From a virus (Duplodnaviria; Heunggongvirae; Uroviricota; Caudoviricetes): 64,000 nt of DNA. The translations under genes were made by a program, and so were the position numbers. Shown here piece after piece: positions 10,145 to 17,289 of the stretch; position 1 is the first letter of the stretch, and the number at the start of each line of letters is the position of its first letter. The stretch covers positions 32,001 through 96,000 of IMG/VR virus record IMGVR_UViG_3300014205_000001; one strand, given 5' to 3'. The notes below the pieces were generated by a model that was given only the letters and a program-made list of their open reading frames with translations, was not told the origin of the DNA and made no database searches.

Positions 10145-10264
10145 TTGTGTGAGTGTTCTAACAAATATATGTTTTTAAAGGTTCATTTGAAAACATTGTT
10201 CAAAACATATTTAATTTATTGATTATCAATCAGTTAGGTAATACGTTGAATTTCAATATCTTGT

Positions 10265-11146
10265 TTAAAACAAAACAGGAGTCATATTGGATAAGGATTC
10301 CAATTCAGCCTTGCAGGACATGTAAAATTCAGCTTCTAACTGCAAACGATTAAACCAGTTATGGAAATAATTATCCAATTCTAAACTACGAGGATGTGTC
10401 CCTAAATGATATAATTCAAAGTCTTTTCGATTTTGAATTTTATCAGCTTTCAACATTACGTTTACATCTTCTAAAGGACTTAAACGAATATCATCAAGTA
10501 AATTTATAGTTCTGTGACTTAAATATTCATTAGCAACGCTTCGATATTCAATTGCTAATATAAGTGACTTGGCGTCTAATTTTTTTAAATTCTGTGAATT
10601 GAAATTTAGTTCTAAATCCACATCACTTTGAAATAAAGGATGTAAAATATAACCTAATTTCGCTTCAGTAGAAGCATTCAATTTATGTAGAATATATAAA
10701 CCTTCATCGATATGATTCATCAATGACACACCGCTACGCATTGTTGTTTTATCGCCGTACGTTGTTTGTATAAATTGATACTCTTCAGTATTCGTTAAAC
10801 CATTTGCCAAAACAAAAGGAATTTTTTTATGTCGAAAATATGATGCTAATTCACATTGAGTCGTAGTGATCATTTTCACGTCATAACCAATTTCAGCACA
10901 TTTTTCTAACCAAAGTTTAAAAAATAAACCATTACCTCGATGTTGCTTTAAAAGATATAAAGCATAATACGTATGACCTTCATATTCAAAGATAGCCCAC
11001 ATCCCACGCATTTTAGGTACTTGCACTAATTTTGTTAGTTTAGCACCCGTGTGTGCAATTTGCAAAGCACGATTACGTAAATAATCAATTGCGCCTTCGA
11101 GGGTATCTGAATTTAAATTGAAACGCATTTTAATCGATGTTAACAC
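10265..11146 (-). CDS. GNAT-like plus HD-like domain hypothetical protein
   Basis: HRGNGLF acetyl-CoA-like loop; HIDEG...LHP...ADKIQN metal-binding pattern. Confidence 0.5.
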   Translation of the reverse strand: MLTSIKMRFNLNSDTLEGAIDYLRNRALQIAHTGAKLTKLVQVPKMRGMWAIFEYEGHTYYALYLLKQHRGNGLFFKLWLEKCAEIGYDVKMITTTQCELASYFRHKKIPFVLANGLTNTEEYQFIQTTYGDKTTMRSGVSLMNHIDEGLYILHKLNASTEAKLGYILHPLFQSDVDLELNFNSQNLKKLDAKSLILAIEYRSVANEYLSHRTINLLDDIRLSPLEDVNVMLKADKIQNRKDFELYHLGTHPRSLELDNYFHNWFNRLQLEAEFYMSCKAELESLSNMTPVLF

Positions 11147-11531
11147 TTTTTGTTTCAGGTGCTTCCAATAAATTAACTGTCATGATGCCGTCTTCTAATT
11201 TAGCCGTCACAACTTCATCTTTGCCAATAGGTTGTTTAAAATCAATTACGATTCCACCTTGAGGATTTGAACCTACAACAGTTAAGATACCATTTTTTAC
11301 ATTCACCGTAGCATTTTCTTTTTTAATGCCTGCCATGATAATAACGTATTTGTATTTTCCATCAACAGTAGGCGTACGATCGTAGCCTTTAAGTTCTGGG
11401 AAGATTTTTTCTTTAATTTCGTTTACAAGTTTAGTACCTTGTGTAGTCACTTTTTCTGCAATATTTACACCATGATTTTTTACAAAATCTTGTGCATCTT
11501 TTGCAAATTTATCTTTACTGAATCCGAACAT
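11130..11531 (-). CDS. Small heat-shock (Hsp20/alpha-crystallin) protein
   Basis: AGIKKENATVNVKNGILTVVG ... AKLEDGIMTV. Confidence 0.75.
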   Translation of the reverse strand: MFGFSKDKFAKDAQDFVKNHGVNIAEKVTTQGTKLVNEIKEKIFPELKGYDRTPTVDGKYKYVIIMAGIKKENATVNVKNGILTVVGSNPQGGIVIDFKQPIGKDEVVTAKLEDGIMTVNLLEAPETKSVNID

Positions 11532-11569
11532 GTCTTATAATTTTATAAGACAATTATATGCTTTTACAT

Positions 11570-11974
11570 TTACATGTAAAAACCGTCAGTATTAAAAATT
11601 CTATCAGATTGAGTCGTTCCAAAACTTTCATAGTTAGATAAAATTTCTTCACCTTCTAATATATCACGTGCAGCGTATGTAACATACTCAGTATCTGGGT
11701 CCAATGTATTAAAATTTTCTTTAGAATGATTAAAAAATCTTGCATTATCCACACAAAGAAAATATAAATCATGGTGTTTATATGCATAAATTTCAATAAA
11801 TTGTTTTTCTAATTCACTTAGTCTTTCAAAATCTTGTTGTGTATAGATACGATCAACCGCTGTATTTAATTCCCAAATTTTTGTTCCTTTAGGAATGAAC
11901 TGTGCTGCGAAACAACCTATTCCTGCATTGGGAATAGAACTGACATTTAATTTTGTTTTAACTAATAAACTCAT
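11570..11974 (-). CDS. SET-domain lysine methyltransferase
   Basis: AGIGCFA..FIPKGT.IWE, ARFFNHS, AARDILEGEEILSNY. Confidence 0.9.
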   Translation of the reverse strand: MSLLVKTKLNVSSIPNAGIGCFAAQFIPKGTKIWELNTAVDRIYTQQDFERLSELEKQFIEIYAYKHHDLYFLCVDNARFFNHSKENFNTLDPDTEYVTYAARDILEGEEILSNYESFGTTQSDRIFNTDGFYM

Positions 11975-11977
11975 ATT

Positions 11978-12340
11978 TTAAGATTTAATAAAATCAACAC
12001 TTTCTGAATAATATCCATTGCTTTCACCATACCAACGAATTGTTACATGACCTTTAATTGTCGCAATATTATAAAACGTCCAAGTGAAACTATCTTGATA
12101 TTCATAACTTACTCCTTCAGGATTTTCACGACTCACATCTTCACTTGCTTTTAATATTGGACTACCCATTAAATCATCCAAATCACCTGCAATATCTTCA
12201 ATTGAAACTGATTCACAACAATCTTGTGAGTGATACATTTTATACACAGTTTCATCGTTACAATAAAAAATCATTTCATCACCACGATTATCAATCTTAT
12301 AAATTATTTTTCCTATTAAATCCTCAATTGAAGTTTCCAT
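11978..12340 (-). CDS. Conserved phage hypothetical protein
   Basis: YHSQDCCESV...WTFY.I.T.KG.V.IRWYGESNGYYSE motif, seen in many phage proteins. Confidence 0.75.
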   Translation of the reverse strand: METSIEDLIGKIIYKIDNRGDEMIFYCNDETVYKMYHSQDCCESVSIEDIAGDLDDLMGSPILKASEDVSRENPEGVSYEYQDSFTWTFYNIATIKGHVTIRWYGESNGYYSESVDFIKS

Positions 12341-12350
12341 TGTAGTTATA

Positions 12351-12824
12351 TTATAAATTTTTCAAAAAGTTTATTGTAACTTCGTTAACAAAGAAAGGTT
12401 CTCCTTTTCCTTTTAATGTTTTCATTACATGACCTACATATAAACCTAACAGTCCTGTATTACCATTCTTATAATCAGTTAAATATCTAGGAAATTGTAA
12501 TACAAATTCCCGCAATATTCTTTCGATTTCTTTTCGTTGTAATCCACACAAACCTAAAACGACTAATGACATCTTTAACATTTCATTAAAGTTAGTTTCA
12601 CATTCTTCAATTGAATTACCCATTGCAATGGGTCCGCCTTCGCCTTCATATATTGCCATAAAACGATCTTCATCAAGTGTTTCACCACTACGATACATTG
12701 TACATTTTAATTCTACTTTTGTCATCCCATCAATTGTATTGGGACGATAATGTATCATGCCAGTATTACTATTTTTATAGTAATGATCTAACCATTTTTT
12801 TTCTATTCTATTTTCCATATTCAT
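12351..12824 (-). CDS. Protein with C-terminal GatB/YqeY-like tRNA-binding tail
   Basis: C-terminus FPRYLTDYKNGNTGLLGLYVGHVMKTLKGKGEPFFVNE matches the GatB tail pattern; start moved to ATG 12824 so it does not overlap the tRNA. Confidence 0.65.
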   Translation of the reverse strand: MNMENRIEKKWLDHYYKNSNTGMIHYRPNTIDGMTKVELKCTMYRSGETLDEDRFMAIYEGEGGPIAMGNSIEECETNFNEMLKMSLVVLGLCGLQRKEIERILREFVLQFPRYLTDYKNGNTGLLGLYVGHVMKTLKGKGEPFFVNEVTINFLKNL

Positions 12825-12826
12825 AG

Positions 12827-12900
12827 CTGCCCCACGAGGATTCGAACCTACGATTACCTGAGTCAAAATCAGGGGTCACTGCCAATTAGACGACAGGGCA
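12827..12900 (-). tRNA. tRNA-Gln(UUG)
   Basis: Acceptor UGCCCUG/UGGGGCA, anticodon arm CCUGA-UUUUGAC-UCAGG, T loop UUCGAAU; bulged U in the T stem. Confidence 0.88.
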
Positions 12901-12910
12901 TTATATTTTG

Positions 12911-12998
12911 TTGTCCCACCAGGATTCGAACCTAGATCGAAGGCGTATTACCGCTCGGCGTTCAAAGCGCCGTGTTCTGCCAGTTAAACTATAGGACA
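12911..12998 (-). tRNA. tRNA-Gln(UUG) with long variable arm
   Basis: Acceptor UGUCCUA/UGGGACA, anticodon arm CGGCG-CUUUGAA-CGCCG, ~20-nt variable region, T arm CUAGG-UUCGAAU-CCUGG. Confidence 0.85.
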
Positions 12999-13009
12999 TT
13001 ATAAAAATC

Positions 13010-13040
13010 AAAAAGCCTGATAAAACAATTATCAGGCTTC
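13010..13040 (-). terminator. Attenuator terminator upstream of the tRNA-Gln pair
   Basis: AAGCCUGAUAA-UUGUU-UUAUCAGGCUU followed by U residues, 12 nt before tRNA-Gln. Confidence 0.8.
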
Positions 13041-13057
13041 GTGTAAATTTGTATTAA

Positions 13058-13135
13058 TTAATTCAACAACGTGTCTGACAATATTTTTAAATATTGTTGC
13101 TGCTGCCATTGTGAATATGTAATTAAAATTTTCAT
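13058..13135 (-). CDS. Putative Gln-sensing attenuator leader peptide MKILITYSQWQQQQYLKILSDTLLN
   Basis: Read manually: CAA TGG CAG CAG CAA CAA run; stop 18 nt before the terminator. Confidence 0.8.
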   Translation of the reverse strand: MKILITYSQWQQQQYLKILSDTLLN

Positions 13136-13143
13136 TATAGTTG

Positions 13144-13214
13144 AGCGATTGAGGAGAATCGAACTCCCGTCTTTGCCTTGGCAAGGCAATGTAATACCAT
13201 TATACCACAATCGC
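13144..13214 (-). tRNA. tRNA-Gly(GCC)
   Basis: GCGAUUG/CAAUCGC acceptor with U73; UUGCC-UUGCCAA-GGCAA anticodon arm. Confidence 0.93.
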
Positions 13215-13224
13215 ATTTGTAGTG

Positions 13225-13295
13225 AGCGAATGAAGGGAATCGAACCCTCGTATCCTGATTGGAAGTCAGGTGTAATACCATTATACTACATTCGC
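13225..13295 (-). tRNA. tRNA-Gly(UCC)
   Basis: GCGAAUG/CAUUCGC acceptor with U73; CCUGA-CUUCCAA-UCAGG anticodon arm. Confidence 0.93.
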
Positions 13296-13364
13296 ATGTG
13301 GCAGACATCGCTTAACTGCCGAGAAGTGTACCTTTTCTCTTCGAAATTTCTTTCGCGGTTTTTG

Positions 13365-13436
13365 TGGAGCTTAGGGGAATCGAACCCCTGTCCGTTGAGT
13401 GCAAATCAACAATAATAGCCTCTATACTAAAGCCCC
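13365..13436 (-). tRNA. tRNA-Ala(UGC)
   Basis: GGGGCUU/AAGCUCC acceptor with G3:U70 and A73; GUUGA-UUUGCAC-UCAAC anticodon arm. Confidence 0.92.
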
Positions 13437-13636
13437 ATTTTTATTTGTTCAGCTAAATAAAGATAGCTGTGTTGTTTCTTTTACGATCAATAGCGTTGTT
13501 AAAGTCTACTACTGAAGTTTCATAATCGTCATCATACATTCTGACTTTCATTTCTTTTTTGTTTATTACGTAGAAAAAAGATAAAATTACTAACACATAT
13601 TTAATTCAATTAATCATTTTGTTTATTTTTATTTTG

Positions 13637-13712
13637 TAGCCCTTATAGGATTCGAACCTATGATCTCCTCTTTGTAAGAGAGGCGCTTTAAAACCAGCTA
13701 AGCGAAAGGGCC
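13637..13712 (-). tRNA. tRNA-Val(UAC)
   Basis: GGCCCUU/AAGGGCU acceptor with A73; CCUCU-CUUACAA-AGAGG anticodon arm. Confidence 0.93.
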
Positions 13713-13719
13713 ATATAAC

Positions 13720-13752
13720 AAAAAAATCCGAACTGTTGGGTTCGGATTTTTT
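13720..13752 (-). terminator. Attenuator terminator at the head of the tRNA operon
   Basis: AAAAAAUCCGAAC-CCAACA-GUUCGGAUUUUUUU, 8 nt before tRNA-Val. Confidence 0.85.
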
Positions 13753-13772
13753 AAATTTCTTTTGTTATTTCA

Positions 13773-13859
13773 TTAACATAAGTTATCCGGACCGTGTGAT
13801 TTCCACACCGCTGCTGCGCCTTGTTGCCCGACTACTAATATGTTATTGAAGTTTTTCAT
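13773..13859 (-). CDS. Putative Val/Gly/Gln/Ala-sensing attenuator leader peptide MKNFNNILVVGQQGAAAVWKSHGPDNLC
   Basis: Read manually: GTA GTC GGG CAA CAA GGC GCA GCA GCG GTG; TATATA promoter-like motif just upstream; terminator follows. Confidence 0.85.
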   Translation of the reverse strand: MKNFNNILVVGQQGAAAVWKSHGPDNLC

Positions 13860-13940
13860 ATAATGTATATATAAATAATTTGTTGCTTTGTTTAATAATA
13901 TACTACAATTATAAGAATAATTTTTTATATGTGAAAATTA

Positions 13941-15062
13941 TTATCCTACTTGTATTATTGTTTCAGTATTATTATCTATTAGGTATTGTACATCACCATC
14001 AGGTCCACCAACGTTGTTAGTCATTAAAGATTTATGTAAAGTAATAGTTAATGTATTACCTGATAAATTAAAGACACTGTTATTCGCTGCAGAAATACCT
14101 AAATTTCGACATTCACTAATATTTAATGAAGTTAAATTTGTAGCACCTGAAACTAAAGGTCCGATAATTGTGCGGCATTTTGGAAATGATGCAGATGTTA
14201 ATAATAAAGCATTTGAAAAATTAGATGCTCCTAAATAATGACATTCAGGTAATGAAATTGATGTTAATAAAGGTACAGTAGTAAAAGCTGAAGCACCAAT
14301 ATATCTACAAAAAGGTAAAGAAACGGAAGTTATTGCTGCGCATAAATCAAAGACAGTATCTAAAAGTGTACGACAATAAGGTAAATTAATAGTAGCTAAT
14401 GAAGTACAACCACTGAATGCTGCAGATGATATAGTCACACATTGTGGGAAATTAATAGAAGTTAATGACGTGCAATTTTGAAATGCATTGTTCATAATTG
14501 TTGTTAGTAAAGGTGCATTAACTGTTGTTAATGCTGTACAACCTGAAAATGTTGATGCAGAAATTGCTTTACACATAGGTAAATTTAATGTCGTTAATGA
14601 TGTACAACCTAAAAATGCTGATGCAATAAACATAACAGCTTTTGATAAATTTACTGAAGTTAATGATGTACAACCTTGTACTGAATTACCACCAACAAAT
14701 ACACATCTAGCTAAATTTAATGTAGTCAATGCTGTACAATTAATAATTGCACTACCACCAATATTTGTTACTGCATTTAAATCCAGAGTTGTTAATATTG
14801 TACAACCTGAAAATGCTGTACCGTTTAATTGAACAACTTGTGATTCGTCATCTACAAAAGAAATTAAATGTGTATTATTTGCAAATATACTTGTTTTGAG
14901 TGTTATACCTTTTGCACCATGTAATGTTACTACATTGCCTAATACATTTACACTTTTTATTAAACTTCCATTTGCTGTACCTGATTGTAATGTAAAAAAA
15001 GCATTCCAACCTGCTACATCCGATGCGGGTGCGTTTACTATATTATCGTATGTTAAAATCAT
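13941..15062 (-). CDS. BspA/TpLRR leucine-rich repeat protein
   Basis: ~22-aa repeats AF.GCT.LT.I.LP.C..I. Confidence 0.88.
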   Translation of the reverse strand: MILTYDNIVNAPASDVAGWNAFFTLQSGTANGSLIKSVNVLGNVVTLHGAKGITLKTSIFANNTHLISFVDDESQVVQLNGTAFSGCTILTTLDLNAVTNIGGSAIINCTALTTLNLARCVFVGGNSVQGCTSLTSVNLSKAVMFIASAFLGCTSLTTLNLPMCKAISASTFSGCTALTTVNAPLLTTIMNNAFQNCTSLTSINFPQCVTISSAAFSGCTSLATINLPYCRTLLDTVFDLCAAITSVSLPFCRYIGASAFTTVPLLTSISLPECHYLGASNFSNALLLTSASFPKCRTIIGPLVSGATNLTSLNISECRNLGISAANNSVFNLSGNTLTITLHKSLMTNNVGGPDGDVQYLIDNNTETIIQVG

Positions 15063-15063
15063 A

Positions 15064-16767
15064 TTATATAATTGTTACTGTATTATTTGTTTGTAAATAT
15101 TGAATATCACCATCAGGCGCACTTGAATTATTTGTTAATAAAGTTGCTTTAACTTTTAATGTAATAGTATTTGCTATATTCCCACTAAAAATTGTATTAT
15201 CACCTACTGTTGTACCTAAAGTTTTGCAATTAGAAATATCAATGTAATTGATACTATTTGAGGTTGAAAAACATGAATTAGGTATTGATTCGCATAAAGG
15301 TAATTCGATTCTTTGAAGTGACACACAGCTTTGTGCAGCTGCACCTGTAATAGATACACATTTAGGTAATTTTAATTCATGTAATGAATAACATGCTGCA
15401 AAAGTAGTACCAGTAAGAATTGTACATTTAGGAAGAGATACATTTGTTAACGCTAAACAAGATGTGAAAGCTCCTGTTACAGTTGTACATTCAGGTAAAA
15501 CGATATTTGTCAATGCAAAATTTTCATGAAATAATGAATCACCTGTCATTGTTACTAACTTAGGTAAATTAATTGTAGTTAATCCCCACATTTGATAGAA
15601 GCCATTTAATGCTGCATTCGTACATTCCGGTAAATCAATTTCAAATAATAAAGGACTTTGGAAAAAAGCGCTTTGTATTATTGTAGTTAATTTAGGCAAA
15701 TATACACTTGTGCACATATAACATCTACTTATTGCACCTTGACCTAAACTAATACATTCAGGTAATATAACTTCTTTTAATGAGACACATAAGCTAAAAG
15801 CATTCAAACCTACAGTTGTAACTTTAGGGAAATTTATTGTTTCAATAGATGAACAATTTAAAAATGCACTTGTACCTAATATTTCACAATTAGGCATTTC
15901 TACTCTAAGTAAACTATAACAACGATTAAAATCTGCTGAAGATTTAATTTTAGGTAAATATACAAATTCTAATGAATGACAATCTACAAAAGTATTTACA
16001 CCTGTTATTAATTCAGGCATGTTAATTGTTGTTAATCCTGTGCAACCTGAAAAACTAGCATTAGTTGAAATTACTTTAGGAAAATTTATTGAAACTAAAC
16101 TTAGACAATTAGTAAAACTTGCGGCAATCGTAATACATTTAGGAAAATCAATTGAACTTAATACACCACAGGTATTAAAAGCGGATGCAGCAATACTTAA
16201 ACATGCAGGAAATTTAGTAGTAGTTAATATTGTACAACCTGAAAATGATGATACACCAATAGCTGTAATACATGCTGCATAATCAATGCATGAAATTAAA
16301 TTTACATTATTTAAGAATAAATTTAATTTAGTTGTAATATTTGCACCACCGTATAATCGAACAGTATTACCTATTACTTGCACACGTGTGAATGCAGTAC
16401 CTAAAGTTGGTAAATTAAACAAAGTATTCCAATTGGCTAAACTTGTTGCAGATGCGACAGGAACGTTTGAAATATTATTCCATATTAATTCTAAATATCT
16501 ACCTTTATTAAAAGGTACTGAATTGGAAGGAGCTAAAGAATTATCTTGATATAGAGGAGAAACAATTACTGTATCGCCATTAATTATCCGTCCTAAATCA
16601 CGATCATATATTTCGTTACTAGGATTAAACGTAGAAGCAGTTGTGATAGTAACTAATTCGTTACTGCTACTAATATCAGTAGCTACAGGTTTTTTAAAAA
16701 ATTCAATTTTACTACCACTCCAAATTGATTGATAAGCATAGTTTAAATATTTAAGTTTAGTTTTCAT
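15064..16767 (-). CDS. BspA-type LRR protein with conserved 'KLKYL..IW.G..IEFFKKP' N-terminal module
   Basis: LRR_5-like repeats; N-terminus shared with the 26115, 33223 and 57618 proteins. Confidence 0.88.
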   Translation of the reverse strand: MKTKLKYLNYAYQSIWSGSKIEFFKKPVATDISSSNELVTITTASTFNPSNEIYDRDLGRIINGDTVIVSPLYQDNSLAPSNSVPFNKGRYLELIWNNISNVPVASATSLANWNTLFNLPTLGTAFTRVQVIGNTVRLYGGANITTKLNLFLNNVNLISCIDYAACITAIGVSSFSGCTILTTTKFPACLSIAASAFNTCGVLSSIDFPKCITIAASFTNCLSLVSINFPKVISTNASFSGCTGLTTINMPELITGVNTFVDCHSLEFVYLPKIKSSADFNRCYSLLRVEMPNCEILGTSAFLNCSSIETINFPKVTTVGLNAFSLCVSLKEVILPECISLGQGAISRCYMCTSVYLPKLTTIIQSAFFQSPLLFEIDLPECTNAALNGFYQMWGLTTINLPKLVTMTGDSLFHENFALTNIVLPECTTVTGAFTSCLALTNVSLPKCTILTGTTFAACYSLHELKLPKCVSITGAAAQSCVSLQRIELPLCESIPNSCFSTSNSINYIDISNCKTLGTTVGDNTIFSGNIANTITLKVKATLLTNNSSAPDGDIQYLQTNNTVTII

Positions 16768-16781
16768 TATAGTATATATTT

Positions 16782-17288
16782 TTAATTATATTTTATAGTT
16801 ACTTTATCAGTTGTTTCTAAAATATATTCTGCGTTATCTTTCCAATTAAATACTGTTTGAATCCCGCTTATAGCAATTTGTGCAGTATAAAATTCTTTGG
16901 GTACAAACACACCGTTCACATATACTGCATGTGTTAGTGTCACAACAATCGGAATTGTGATATTGAATGAAACATTTATTGTACTATTACTAGGTGGGTT
17001 AAATGAATATTCTAATTGAGCAACCACAGGTGGAGCTATCGCGGAACCTAATTTGATTAATTCTTGACGTAAAAGTAAATGTGCTGCTTTACAGTCATCG
17101 CTACTACTAAAATCTAAACTAATTGTTTGTGATTCTGATTGTTGTTTAATATAAATCAATACACCTTCTTGACGAATTGTACACGTCGGATCACGAATAA
17201 TATGTGCAAGTTGTCCACTTACATTACGTATTTTAATGATTTTGTCACCTGGATTTACAGATAAAAGAAAGTTTTGACTACTGAACAT
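16782..17288 (-). CDS. Putative virion structural protein
   Basis: Beta-rich 168-aa ORF in the structural cluster. Confidence 0.55.
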   Translation of the reverse strand: MFSSQNFLLSVNPGDKIIKIRNVSGQLAHIIRDPTCTIRQEGVLIYIKQQSESQTISLDFSSSDDCKAAHLLLRQELIKLGSAIAPPVVAQLEYSFNPPSNSTINVSFNITIPIVVTLTHAVYVNGVFVPKEFYTAQIAISGIQTVFNWKDNAEYILETTDKVTIKYN

Positions 17289-17289
17289 A

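Noticed and set aside
12825-12866. N-terminal extension of the 12351..12866 ORF
   Set aside because: It overlaps tRNA-Gln; the ATG at 12824 is more plausible.
13071-13415. 114-aa plus-strand ORF from the track
   Set aside because: It is antisense to three tRNAs and the Gln leader; the CCCC run is the reverse of the Gln codons.
13441-13617. ORF with in-frame TGA (codon 4) and TAG inside the tRNA cluster, suggesting stop-codon recoding
   Set aside because: Long genes are intact under code 11, TAG/TGA end normal genes (34430, 46088, 47116), and no suppressor tRNA is seen; more likely a decayed or shorter ORF.
14014-16549. Plus-strand ORFs opposite the LRR genes
   Set aside because: Shadow ORFs produced by repetitive antisense coding.
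13941-16767. Diversity-generating retroelement targeting the LRR/SGNH genes
   Set aside because: No reverse transcriptase and no near-identical TR/VR pair differing at adenines were seen in the window.
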